Shown here piece after piece: positions 6,892-16,193 of a DNA stretch of 57,751 bases (position 1 is the first letter of the stretch; every line of letters starts with the position of its first letter). The DNA is from Gemmatimonadota bacterium (GTDB lineage Bacteria; Gemmatimonadota; Gemmatimonadetes; Gemmatimonadales; GWC2-71-9): the NCBI GenBank assembly GCA_040002695.1, contig JBDUEA010000001.1, positions 1 to 57,751 of the forward strand, given 5' to 3'. The position numbers and the translations under genes were made by a program. The notes under the pieces were generated by a model. The model did no database searches, had not been told where the DNA came from, and saw only the letters and a program-made list of their open reading frames with translations.

Positions 6892-7584
6892 TCACCCTCC
6901 CGTCTTGTGGATCGCGAACGACTGCACATGCACGCTCAGGTTGTGATTCACCCGGATCCCGGCGATGCCATTGGTGTCGATGTCCTTCGCGGCGCCCGAC
7001 CAGACATCCTTGCCGTTCACGTTGAACGTCACGGAATCCTTGCCGAGTGTGACGGCGACCGTGTATTCGGTGGATGGCTTGTCGGGATCGGCCTTGGGGA
7101 TCGCGGCGTTGGGCGTCCACTCCTTGCTGACCACGTCCGATGTTTTTTCTCCGTCACGGCGCTTGATCTTGAAAGTGCCGTCTCCGCGCACCAGGAAGTA
7201 GGTGTACTTCTGGTTGGGACCCTGCAGGTCCTGGCCGCCGGTGAAGATTCCGAATCCTTCGTGATGTCCGGAGCCCTTCTTCGGGAAGTAATGAATGGTG
7301 CTGATGATGTGAGCGGGGGGCGTGGCTGTATTCTCGTTCCGATAGAGAATGGCCGCGGTGCCCATCGTCAGGTGGAAGCCGGGCTCCATCGGCTGGAACT
7401 GGACCATCGTGGCCGGCCCCTCATCGGTCCGGACGCTCCATCCCGGCGGAAAGACTCCTCCGCCCGGCAATGCCATCGCGTGGTCGTGGCCCGCGGCCGC
7501 GGGAGGGTGCGCGGGCTTGGCGGGCTGTTGCGCCACCAGCGGCGCCGCGAGGCCGAGCAGTGCGAGAGCGAGGGTAAGGCGCAT
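6892..7584 (-). CDS. Secreted DUF1080-like (3-keto-disaccharide hydrolase / LamG-like jelly roll) protein
   Basis: Signal peptide MRLTLALALLGLAAPLVAQQ. The C-terminal pattern FLVRGDGTFKIKRR...VTFNVNGKDVW...GIAGIRVNHNLSVHVQSFAI is typical of this fold, by recall. Confidence 0.6.
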   Translation of the reverse strand: MRLTLALALLGLAAPLVAQQPAKPAHPPAAAGHDHAMALPGGGVFPPGWSVRTDEGPATMVQFQPMEPGFHLTMGTAAILYRNENTATPPAHIISTIHYFPKKGSGHHEGFGIFTGGQDLQGPNQKYTYFLVRGDGTFKIKRRDGEKTSDVVSKEWTPNAAIPKADPDKPSTEYTVAVTLGKDSVTFNVNGKDVWSGAAKDIDTNGIAGIRVNHNLSVHVQSFAIHKTGG

Positions 7585-7735
7585 CGGTATGACCTCGTGG
7601 AAGTGGATTTCCGGGTGCCGCTTGAGGGCGGCGTATCGTGAAAAAAAAGGGGACCGATCGCCCGTTGCGGGCTCCCCGGTCTCCGGGTTAACCTACCTGA
7701 CGCTATCCTTCGATTCACTCCGGGATGAGACAGTC

Positions 7736-7921
7736 ATGGAAATCTTCGGTCGCATCTTCGCCGCCATCGGAGCGGGTGCCGTCCTTGCCGCACTCACTTT
7801 CGTCTCGCTGCTCATCGGCGTCATCGTGAACGGCATGATCATCCTGATGTCCGGCGGGCCGATCGATGAAATCCTCCGGAAGCGCGGAGAAACTGTGCAC
7901 ACGCCCGGTCAGATCAAGTAG
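7736..7921 (+). CDS. Small membrane protein (61 aa)
   Basis: This is an internal ATG of ORF 7349..7921. MEIFGRIFAAIGAGAVLAALTFVSLLIGVIVNGMIILM gives two hydrophobic segments. The upstream part of the long ORF is antisense shadow of the 6892..7584 gene. Confidence 0.4.
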   Translation: MEIFGRIFAAIGAGAVLAALTFVSLLIGVIVNGMIILMSGGPIDEILRKRGETVHTPGQIK

Positions 7922-7968
7922 CGCCGTCCGGCCGAGCCGGGTTGGTCTCCGTTCCGGTTGACGGCCCC

Positions 7969-8337
7969 TTACGGATGATCCGGTGACTCGGTGTCGTCCA
8001 CCCGCGCCGGAGTCGAAGCCGCCTTGACCGCCGCATCGTAGTTGATCTTGAGACTTCCCAGCAGTTCCCGCAATCCACGCACCTTGATCTGCACTCCCCC
8101 GCCGCGACGATTCATCGAAGACATCAGGCCGGCCGTCTCAGCCACTCCGCTGATGCTGAGCTGCGAGGCGCCCGACTTTATCTCATCGAGAACCCTGCCG
8201 ACTCCCTTGACGACGACTTCGTCGGCCTGCATCGCGGACATCTGTTCGATCACGCTCTGAATTCGCGCGATCTTGGGGGGCAGCATCTGGAGAAACGCGA
8301 GCTGCGCCTGCTGTCGGGAACTGAGTTTGATGGCCAT
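7969..8337 (-). CDS. Hypothetical protein (122 aa)
   Basis: The ORF has non-repetitive, protein-like composition. I recognise no family. Confidence 0.45.
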   Translation of the reverse strand: MAIKLSSRQQAQLAFLQMLPPKIARIQSVIEQMSAMQADEVVVKGVGRVLDEIKSGASQLSISGVAETAGLMSSMNRRGGGVQIKVRGLRELLGSLKINYDAAVKAASTPARVDDTESPDHP

Positions 8338-8562
8338 ACGGAAGAGTAGCCCCTAGCCGACCCGGGGGAAACGGCCTCCCGAGCGATCCTCGAGGCTTCC
8401 CGGAGTGAGGTCACCCGCCTACGTTCCCCGCCGGCCGGAGCTCGGATTCCCTGAAACCCCGCTACCGGTTCTCCGTCATTTGACCGTCGCGCCCGGGCCC
8501 AGAACCGGACCTGCGACTCTGCGTCCCTCGCGCTGTTCCGGCCTGCAACTGATTCGAGCCCG

Positions 8563-11500
8563 ATGAAAATTTCGGATCTGTCCATCCGCCGTCCCGTGCT
8601 GGCGAGCATGCTGAGTCTGGCGCTCGTGCTGTTCGGTGTCATCGGCTACACCCAGCTTGCCGTCCGGGAATTTCCCGACGTCGATCCACCGATCATCTCG
8701 GTGTCCACGGTGCTTCCCGGCGCCAATCCGCAGGTCGTGGAGTCGGCCGTCACCGACATTCTCGAGGAAGAGCTGAGCACGGTCCCAGGTCTCCGTACGC
8801 TCACCAGCTCGAGCTCCGAAGAATCGAGCAACATCACGCTGGAGTTCACGCTCGACCGCCGAGTCGAGGATGCGGCGCAGGACGTGCGCGACAAGGTCTC
8901 CCGTGTTCGAGGCCGACTCCCCGTCGACGTGCTCGAGCCCGTCGTGGCCAAGCAGGAGGCGGATGCCCAGCCCTTCTTCTGGCTTGCGCTGTCCGCGCCA
9001 AACCTCGATCTGCTCCAGCTCTCGGACATCGCCGATCGGGTGGTGAAGACCCGGCTCCAGAGTCTTCCCGGTGTGGGCAGCGCGATCATCGCCGGCGAGC
9101 GCCGCTACTCGATGCGGATCTGGCTCTCCTCCGCCGGGCTCTCCGCGCGCGGGCTGACGGTGCAGGACGTCGAAGCGGCGATCAAAAGCCGAAGCGTCGA
9201 GATCCCCGCCGGCCGCATCGAATCCGAACGCCGCGAATTCACCGTGCGCTCGCTTGGAGAGCTGAAGACACCGGAAGAGTTCGGCGATCTCACCGTCGCG
9301 TCGCAGAATGGCCAGCTCACCCGGCTCAAGGACCTCGCTCGTGTCGAGCTCGGCCCCGAGGACGAACGGGGGGCGCTCAGATACAAAGGCATCCCGGCAG
9401 TGGGCATCGGCGTGGTCCGCCAGTCGAAGGCCAACCTGATCAACGTGGCCGACGAAATCCGCGCCTCGCTGCCCGCCATGAAGCAGGCCCTGCCGCCCGG
9501 CGTCGAGATCATCCCCGCCTTCGACCAGTCGATCTTCGTCAAGCGGTCGATCAAGGAGGCGCAGGAGACCCTGATCATCGCGGCGATCCTCGTCGTGATC
9601 ATCATCTTCATCTTCCTGCGAAATCTGCGGGCGACGATCATCCCGGGTCTCGCGATTCCGGCGTCGATCGTGTCCACCTTCGCGATCATGTACTTCTTCG
9701 GCTTCTCGATCAACAACCTGACGCTCCTGGCGCTCACGCTCGCCATCGGGATCGTGGTGGATGACGCGATCATCGTGCTCGAGAACGCCTATCGCCACCA
9801 GGAGGAGCTGGGTGAACCCCCGCTCGAGGCGGCGATCAACGGCACCCGTGAAATCTCCTTCGCCGTGCTCGCAACGACCATTTCGCTGATCGCGGTCTTC
9901 ACCCCCCTCGCCTTCCTCAAGGGCAACATCGGCCGGCTCTTCAACGAATTCGGCATCGCGGTCGCCGGCGCGGTCGCCATTTCCGGCTTCGTGGCGCTCA
10001 CGCTGACCCCGATGCTCTGCGCTCGGATCCTTCGGGTGCCGCCGAGCCACGGCGCATTGTACCGGATTCTCGAGCGCGGGTTCGAAGGCATCGCCTCGGT
10101 CTATGCCAGGACGCTGGGCGTGGCGCTTCGCTTCCGTTGGTTGGTCGTCGCCGGCACCGTGGGGACCACGCTGCTCGCCTACCTCGTCTTCACTTCGCTC
10201 AAGCAGGAATTCGTTCCGTCCGAAGACCGCGGCTATTTCATCACGTTTATCATCGCGCCGGAAGGGTCGACGCTGGCCTACACCGACCAGTACCAGAAGC
10301 AGGTCGAGGAGATCGTCGCGCGTACCAAGGACGTCGAAGGCTACTTCAGTGTCGTTGGCGGCTTCCTCGGGAGTCCGAGTCGGGGAATCGTCTTCACCCG
10401 CCTGACTGACTGGAGCGACCGAAACCGCTCCGTGCAGGACATCCTCAACGAGGTGCAGCCGCAGTTCTTCGGAGTGCCCGGAACGCTGGTGTTCGCGAGC
10501 AATCCACCGGCCATCGGCGGCGGCGGATTCGGCGGTCAGGTCCAGTTCGTCCTTCAGAACCCGAATTTCGATCTGCTCGGCAGCGGCATGGATTCGCTGC
10601 TCAGTCGCGCGCGCCGCATCAAGGGTCTCGTGAACGTCGATACCGATCTTCGGGTGAACAAACCGGAGCTCACCGTGAGCTTCGACCGGGACCGCGCGGA
10701 AGACCTCGGCGTTCCCGTCGGCGATGTAGCCGCGACCCTCCAGACGATGCTTGGCGGGCGGCGGGTCGGCACCTTCACGCGCGCGAACAAGCTCTATTAC
10801 GTAATTGCCCGCCTCAAACCTGAAGAGCGCGCCACCCCGAGCGACATGAGCGGACTCTATCTCCGCGGGAAGGGCGGCGAGCTCGTCAAGCTGGAGGCGC
10901 TCGCGTCGGTCAAGGAAGGCGTCGGGGCCCGGAGTCTGGCGCACTTCAACCGGATCCGCGCCGCGACCCTGACCGCGAGTCTGGCGCCGGGCTTCGCGCT
11001 CGGCGAGGCGCTCGACTCGCTCAACCGGATTGCCGCCGAGGTCTTGCCGCGCGGGAGCACGACGGCGCTGGCCGGCGAATCACGCGAGTTCGCCGAGAGC
11101 GGCTCCGCGCTCTACTTCGCCTTTGCGCTTGCCCTCGTCATCGTGTTCATGGTGCTGGCCTCGCAGTTCGAGTCGCTGATTCACCCCTTCACCGTGCTTC
11201 TCGCCGTCCCGCTCGCCGTCACCGGCGCGCTCGTGACACTGCTGGTGTTCAAGTCCACGATCAATGTGTACAGCCAGATCGGCGTGATCCTGCTCATCGG
11301 CCTCGTGACCAAGAATTCGATCCTGCTGGTCGAGTATACCAATCAGCTGATCGAGCGCGGATCGGACACCGTCTCCGCCGTGCTCGAAGCCGCCCGTATC
11401 CGGCTCCGTCCAATTCTCATGACCTCGGTCGCGACGATCATGGGCGCCGTGCCGATCGCCTTCGGCCTTGGCGCAGGCTCGACGAGTCGCCGCCCGCTCG

Positions 11501-11658
11501 GCTATGCCATCGTCGGCGGCATTCTCTTTTCGACCGTCCTCACCCTGTTCGTCGTGCCGGTCTTCTACGTGCTCTTTGACGGGCTCCGGCGCCACGCGCC
11601 GCATCCCGCGCCCGCGCCCGCGCTCACCACGGCGGATTCCATGGGAGGGGCCGAGTGA
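8563..11658 (+). CDS. RND efflux pump inner-membrane subunit (AcrB/HAE1-like)
   Basis: 1031-aa ORF with the typical start MKISDLSIRRPVLASMLSL. It has 12-TM RND organisation and motifs such as VVDDAIIVLENAYRH and TKNSILLVEY. Confidence 0.95.
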   Translation: MKISDLSIRRPVLASMLSLALVLFGVIGYTQLAVREFPDVDPPIISVSTVLPGANPQVVESAVTDILEEELSTVPGLRTLTSSSSEESSNITLEFTLDRRVEDAAQDVRDKVSRVRGRLPVDVLEPVVAKQEADAQPFFWLALSAPNLDLLQLSDIADRVVKTRLQSLPGVGSAIIAGERRYSMRIWLSSAGLSARGLTVQDVEAAIKSRSVEIPAGRIESERREFTVRSLGELKTPEEFGDLTVASQNGQLTRLKDLARVELGPEDERGALRYKGIPAVGIGVVRQSKANLINVADEIRASLPAMKQALPPGVEIIPAFDQSIFVKRSIKEAQETLIIAAILVVIIIFIFLRNLRATIIPGLAIPASIVSTFAIMYFFGFSINNLTLLALTLAIGIVVDDAIIVLENAYRHQEELGEPPLEAAINGTREISFAVLATTISLIAVFTPLAFLKGNIGRLFNEFGIAVAGAVAISGFVALTLTPMLCARILRVPPSHGALYRILERGFEGIASVYARTLGVALRFRWLVVAGTVGTTLLAYLVFTSLKQEFVPSEDRGYFITFIIAPEGSTLAYTDQYQKQVEEIVARTKDVEGYFSVVGGFLGSPSRGIVFTRLTDWSDRNRSVQDILNEVQPQFFGVPGTLVFASNPPAIGGGGFGGQVQFVLQNPNFDLLGSGMDSLLSRARRIKGLVNVDTDLRVNKPELTVSFDRDRAEDLGVPVGDVAATLQTMLGGRRVGTFTRANKLYYVIARLKPEERATPSDMSGLYLRGKGGELVKLEALASVKEGVGARSLAHFNRIRAATLTASLAPGFALGEALDSLNRIAAEVLPRGSTTALAGESREFAESGSALYFAFALALVIVFMVLASQFESLIHPFTVLLAVPLAVTGALVTLLVFKSTINVYSQIGVILLIGLVTKNSILLVEYTNQLIERGSDTVSAVLEAARIRLRPILMTSVATIMGAVPIAFGLGAGSTSRRPLGYAIVGGILFSTVLTLFVVPVFYVLFDGLRRHAPHPAPAPALTTADSMGGAE

Positions 11659-12944
11659 TCGTTCCGCTCATCGCCCTCCTGCAGCTCACGGCGACAGTGC
11701 CGCAGGCACCAGCGGACTCGGCGCCGCGCGTGACACTCGCCGAAGCACTGCAGCGCGCCTCGCGGTTCGATCCCGAGTATGTGCGCGCCCTCGGCCAGGT
11801 GGACCAGGCGGAGTGGGGACGCCGAGCTGCGCGGATCGCGTTCATCGCGCCGGCATTGAGCCTGAGCCTGGATGCGACCAAGTACGATCGCCCGTTCTTC
11901 AACATCGGGACCAGCGGCCTTACCTCGACTTCCGTCACCGCGCAGTGGAATGCGCGCTACGAGCTGTTCAGCGGCCGCAAGTTCGCCGATCTGGGCCGCA
12001 CCGCCGCGGAGCTCGAGAGCGCCACCGCCGGCGAGCTCCAGTCCCGCTTCGCCACCGCGCTGCTCACGGAGTCGGATTATTACGCCGTGCTCGCGGACCA
12101 GGAGCTCACCCGTGTCGAGAGCGAACGGGTCACTCGCGCGGAAAGTCAGCTCGCGGTCGCGCGCGCCCGCGTGACCTCGGGCGGCGCGGTGCAGACCGAC
12201 TCCCTGCAGCTTCGACTCGAGCTCACCCGTGCCCGGGTCGGATTGCTGCGCCAGGCTGCCGCGCTCCGTACTGCGCGTCTCGAACTCGGCAGGCGCGTCG
12301 GAATTTCCGGTCCGGTGGATGCGGTGCCGCTGGATACCATGCCCGCGTCTCAGCTTCCGCTCGGCCTCGCCGAGGCGGTCGATCGCACCTTGCGCCAGGG
12401 GCCCGAGTATCGCGTTGCGCGCGCCAACGAACGCGCCGCCGCTGCCTTCTATCAGGGACGCCGTGGCACCTACCTGCCCGTGCTCACACTCTCGGCCAAC
12501 AACAGCCGGTTCGACAATCATCTCTTCCCGAGCGCCAGCGTCGTCACCTCGGTGTCATTCGGCGTGAGCCTGCCGCTCTGGGACAACGGCAACCGGGAGA
12601 TCGCGCTCACGCAGGCGCGCGTCAACCGCGATGTTTCGCGCACCGTTCGTGAGGACCTCGAACGCGCCGCACTCCGGGACGTCACCGAGGCGTACGACGC
12701 CTACGAGACCGCGCGGGCGAGCACCGACCTCGCGCAGCAGGCGGTGCTGGTCGCCGTCGAGAACAATCGGGTGCAGGAGCTGCGCTATCGTTCCGGCGCC
12801 ACCACGATTCTCGATCTGCTCGAGGCGCAGGCCGGACTGACGGCTGCCCAGTCGGATCTCGTGCAATCCCGCTATGCCAACCGCCTCGCCCTCGCCGGCC
12901 TCGAGGCGATGCTCGGACAACGTCTCTTCAGCGGGAAGCAGTAA
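11655..12944 (+). CDS. TolC-family outer-membrane efflux protein
   Basis: 429 aa with tandem OEP repeats (TLAEALQRA..., ...LDLLEAQAGLTAAQSDLVQSRY). The GTG start overlaps the pump stop by 4 nt. Confidence 0.85.
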   Translation: MIVPLIALLQLTATVPQAPADSAPRVTLAEALQRASRFDPEYVRALGQVDQAEWGRRAARIAFIAPALSLSLDATKYDRPFFNIGTSGLTSTSVTAQWNARYELFSGRKFADLGRTAAELESATAGELQSRFATALLTESDYYAVLADQELTRVESERVTRAESQLAVARARVTSGGAVQTDSLQLRLELTRARVGLLRQAAALRTARLELGRRVGISGPVDAVPLDTMPASQLPLGLAEAVDRTLRQGPEYRVARANERAAAAFYQGRRGTYLPVLTLSANNSRFDNHLFPSASVVTSVSFGVSLPLWDNGNREIALTQARVNRDVSRTVREDLERAALRDVTEAYDAYETARASTDLAQQAVLVAVENNRVQELRYRSGATTILDLLEAQAGLTAAQSDLVQSRYANRLALAGLEAMLGQRLFSGKQ

Positions 12945-12945
12945 G

Positions 12946-14079
12946 ATGAAATCCACGATCGCATCGCGACCGCCTGCACCTGTTTCCCGGGGGATAGTTT
13001 TGACTCTGAGATCCGCACTGACGCTCACACTGGTGCTGCCACTGGCAATCCTCGCATGCGGCAAATCGGGTAAGCCGGTGCCCGGGGCCGCGGGCGTGTC
13101 CGGCGCAATGCCCGCCATGCCGGTCGAGGTCGCGGTTGCGCGGAGGGACACCGTGGTCGACGCCGTCGCCGCCACCGGTCAGATCGAAGCGATTCAGTCC
13201 ATCGAGCTGCACCCCGACATCGAGGGGCGTCTGACCGAGATTCTCATCGCCGAGGGGTCCGTCGTCGGACTCGGAACTCCGCTCTTCAAGGTCGATGATG
13301 CGGAGCTCAAGGCGCAGGTGGCTCGCGCTGAGGCGGACCGGGACCTTGCGGCGCAAGCGCTCACCCGAACCCGCCAGTTGCTCGAACAGAACGCCTCATC
13401 TTCCTCCGACATGGAGAAGGCCGAAGCGACCGCGAAGGGCAGCGACGCACAGCTCGACCTGCTCAAGCTCCGTCTCTCGCGCACCACCGTTCGCGCGCCC
13501 TTCGCCGGCGTCATGGGCCAGCGCTTCGTGAGTCTCGGTGACTACGTCACGACCAGCAGCCGGCTGGCCGCGCTCCAGACGGTGAATCCCCAGCGCGCCA
13601 CCTTCGCGGTACCCGAACGGTACGCCGAGCGGCTGAAGGTCGGGCAGAAGGTGACGTTTCGCGTTGCGGCGCTTGGCAATCAGGAATTCATCGGAGAGGT
13701 CGACTTCGTGGACCCGGTAGTGCAGCTTCCGGGGCGGACGATTCTCATTAAGGCGCTGGTCCCGAACGGCCGCCGCCAGCTTCAGTCCGGCATGTTCATC
13801 GAAGCTCGACTCGCGACCGACGTGCGTCCCAATGCCATCATCGTTCCTGAAGATGCAATTCTTCCGCTGCAAGGCGCGAATTTCGTGTGGGCGGTGGTCG
13901 ACGGAAAAGCCGCGCGCCGCCAGGTGGGACTCGGCGTCCGTTCTCCTGGGTTCGTCGAAGTCACCAGCGGCGTCGATGCCGGAGACCAGGTTGTCGTCGG
14001 AGGACAGGAAAAACTCGGCGAAGGCGCGCCGGTCAAGGCCACTGTCGTCGAAAGGAAAGCGGTTGTTCCTGCGGAATGA
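12946..14079 (+). CDS. RND periplasmic adaptor (membrane fusion protein, HlyD/AcrA family) lipoprotein
   Basis: The internal ATG at 12946 gives MKSTIASRPP...LPLAILACGKS (lipobox). MFP motifs are present (TGQIEAIQSIELHPDIEGRL, TTVRAPFAGVMGQR, EDAILPLQGANFVWAV). It starts 2 nt after the TolC-like stop. Confidence 0.9.
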   Translation: MKSTIASRPPAPVSRGIVLTLRSALTLTLVLPLAILACGKSGKPVPGAAGVSGAMPAMPVEVAVARRDTVVDAVAATGQIEAIQSIELHPDIEGRLTEILIAEGSVVGLGTPLFKVDDAELKAQVARAEADRDLAAQALTRTRQLLEQNASSSSDMEKAEATAKGSDAQLDLLKLRLSRTTVRAPFAGVMGQRFVSLGDYVTTSSRLAALQTVNPQRATFAVPERYAERLKVGQKVTFRVAALGNQEFIGEVDFVDPVVQLPGRTILIKALVPNGRRQLQSGMFIEARLATDVRPNAIIVPEDAILPLQGANFVWAVVDGKAARRQVGLGVRSPGFVEVTSGVDAGDQVVVGGQEKLGEGAPVKATVVERKAVVPAE

Positions 14080-14122
14080 CGGAGAAGGTGGAGAGGGCGG
14101 AATCCGCCCCTGCGGACCCGCA

Positions 14123-16129
14123 GTGCGTCGTTCTATATTCTTCGCCCTGTCCGCCCTGTCCGCCCTGTCCGCCCTGTCCGCCTTCTCCGTCCTCGCCGCC
14201 CTTTTCTCTCCCCTCTCCGCCCAGGCCGTCTCCCCCGCCGCCGGTCGTTGGACGTTCAGTCTTTCGGGCGGCATGCCGCCGTCCGTGCGCGGCGAGCTCC
14301 GGCTCGTGGAACACGCGGGCCTGATCACCGGCACACTGATCCTCCAGGACGCCGATACTCTGCCGCTCGCCGTGACCGATGGTCATCTCGATGCCGGCGG
14401 AAAAATCGAATTCCATTCCGCTCTCGATGGTGGCACCCGCTTCACCGGCCGGCTCGATGGCAATCAGATCTCCGGAGAAGCGTTCTCGGGTCGAGCGGGC
14501 ATGCACGAATGGGACGCCGGGCGCCTGCTCGAGGACCAGGAATACTACGCCTCGTCGCCGCGCTTCACGCTGCACGAAATCCTGTTCGGTCAGAGCGATT
14601 CGACGCTGCGGATCCCCGGCACCTGGCTCGCGGCCGCCGATGCCGCCGGAGAAACACCCGCCTCCGTGCTCGTCGCATACGATTCCGTCGCCGGGCGCGC
14701 CGCGCTCCCGGCGCTCAAGGGAGACACGCTCGAACTCTGGTCCCTCCTCCGCCTGATGGGGATCTATCGCCGCGCCGAGTTGGTGAACGCCTCCATCCAT
14801 ACCCTCGAGGCGATTCGCGCGACTCTACCCGCGGATTCAGTGCGGGCGCGCTTCGACTACCTCTTCCATCCCGCTGGCACCTGGCAAGTAGACCTGCATG
14901 ACGTAGCCCTCGCTCGCGCGCGCCGGGGCCATCGCACCATCACCTGGGATTCCGCCGGGCCTGCGCTCGAAGCGGCCGGATTGCTCGCCGAACCGGTGCC
15001 GGATGGAAGCGAGCGAATCCCGCTCGCGCTCTACCGGCTGCTGGCGATCAGTCGCGCGGACACGGCGGCCTATACCGTCGCGCTGCAAGCCATGAAGCAG
15101 CGCGAACCGGCTTCCGCCGCGTCAGTAACCGCGCTGCTGGAAGGCTACGGAGAAGCGGTGGACTGGTATGGAGAAGCCATGCGTTTCTTTCTCCAGCAAC
15201 CGTGGTTCGTGGACGCCACCGGGCGCCACTCGCTTGCCGATCTCGCGCGCGACCACTGGGGCGCGGCCGCGCGGCAACTGCCGGATGTCGGTGCTCACAT
15301 CTACGGCTATCCCGAGGGCGCGCCACATATCGGCATGGCCGGCCTCGTCCCGGATCTCATCCGGGTCGACAATGTCGCCGGACGCCAGTGGCTCGAGCGG
15401 CACGGCTCCGCCGGCCTGCTCGAAGTGATCCGAAGCCTCGCCCCGACGGGAACCGGTGCTGGAGCCTCGACGATTTCCGATGGCCGGCGGGAATTGCGCG
15501 TCACCAGCGTCGCCACCGAGGTGCACCACGCATTCAACGGTTTTCTGGAGCCGAGGGACGGCATCCTGGTCGATCCGAGTTACATGCCGCTCGTGGCACT
15601 CGGTACCGTCATGCATGAGTGGCAGCACATCCTCCACGAGCATGCCCGCCTCGCACTGACCGGACCGGACCGCGCCGTGATCGTGACGAGCGGACGGGTC
15701 ACGCTCATTTCGTCCAATCGGTATCTCGCCGAGGGACTGGCGGAGACCGGCTCCGAAGAGATGCTGGCCCCCGTAGTGGCGCGGTATCCGCTCATGGGCT
15801 TCGGCGAGGCGGAGAAGCGTGCCAGCCTCGTCGATCCGCACGCCGAGGATCCGCATCTCGTTGGATATCTCATGGTGCGCGCCCTGGGTCGCGTCGTGCA
15901 CGATCGCGCGCGGCGTGACGAGTTGCTCGCGCGCTATGGCGCTCGGCCGCTGGCCATCCTCGCGGACCCGCAGGTGCGGAAGGCGTGGCTCCGCTTCCGC
16001 GCCCGGCCGGACCGGATCGTTCCGTTCCACGGAGACGCGGGACTGATTCCGGAGACCGGGTTCACCGTCGAGGACGGGGTGCCGGATGTGACCGGCACTC
16101 ATATTTTCCTGGGCGAACGCGTTCAATGA
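14123..16129 (+). CDS. Secreted hypothetical protein with an HExxH metalloprotease-like motif
   Basis: An in-frame GTG at 14123 gives the signal peptide VRRSIFFALSALSALSALSAFSVLAALFSPLSAQA. VMHEWQHILHEH contains HEWQH at nt 15614-15628. I recognise no family. The part of ORF 13832.. upstream overlaps the adaptor gene. Confidence 0.6.
   Translation: MRRSIFFALSALSALSALSAFSVLAALFSPLSAQAVSPAAGRWTFSLSGGMPPSVRGELRLVEHAGLITGTLILQDADTLPLAVTDGHLDAGGKIEFHSALDGGTRFTGRLDGNQISGEAFSGRAGMHEWDAGRLLEDQEYYASSPRFTLHEILFGQSDSTLRIPGTWLAAADAAGETPASVLVAYDSVAGRAALPALKGDTLELWSLLRLMGIYRRAELVNASIHTLEAIRATLPADSVRARFDYLFHPAGTWQVDLHDVALARARRGHRTITWDSAGPALEAAGLLAEPVPDGSERIPLALYRLLAISRADTAAYTVALQAMKQREPASAASVTALLEGYGEAVDWYGEAMRFFLQQPWFVDATGRHSLADLARDHWGAAARQLPDVGAHIYGYPEGAPHIGMAGLVPDLIRVDNVAGRQWLERHGSAGLLEVIRSLAPTGTGAGASTISDGRRELRVTSVATEVHHAFNGFLEPRDGILVDPSYMPLVALGTVMHEWQHILHEHARLALTGPDRAVIVTSGRVTLISSNRYLAEGLAETGSEEMLAPVVARYPLMGFGEAEKRASLVDPHAEDPHLVGYLMVRALGRVVHDRARRDELLARYGARPLAILADPQVRKAWLRFRARPDRIVPFHGDAGLIPETGFTVEDGVPDVTGTHIFLGERVQ
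14143..14196. repeat. Nonamer tandem array (CGCCCTGTC)x4 plus 2 degenerate units, inside a CDS
   Basis: Direct reading. It is in-frame and encodes ALSALSALSALS in the signal peptide. It is related to the CCGCCCTCT arrays at 6022 and 1491. Confidence 0.9.
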
Positions 16130-16193
16130 TTCCACCGCCTCGGCTCGCGAACCGTCCCGCATACCGTTCACCATCGTCCCGCAGAATCCATCC

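Noticed and set aside
8476-10944. An 822-aa ORF antisense to the RND pump. Similar long antisense or out-of-frame ORFs occur elsewhere: 4509..5768, 13396..14334, 15122..16288, 18373..19602, 19440..20633, 20930..22342, 23197..24423, 26577..27629, 37013..38131, 47004..47966, 53563..54519.
   Set aside because: The translations are Arg/Gly/Pro/Asp-rich and low in complexity, with no family motifs. Each lies opposite or out of frame to a gene with clear family signatures. This is typical shadow-ORF behaviour in high-GC DNA, where stop codons are rare.
13832-14122. Long N-terminal extensions of track ORFs: 13832.. for the HExxH protein, 17641.. for bcp, 7349.. for the 61-aa membrane protein, 48897..49085 for the aldolase/SDR, 29111..29260 for the binding protein, 30514..30693 for cspA
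   Set aside because: The extensions overlap upstream genes or known leader regions and have non-protein-like composition. Internal starts give canonical N-termini (signal peptides, or family-typical first residues).
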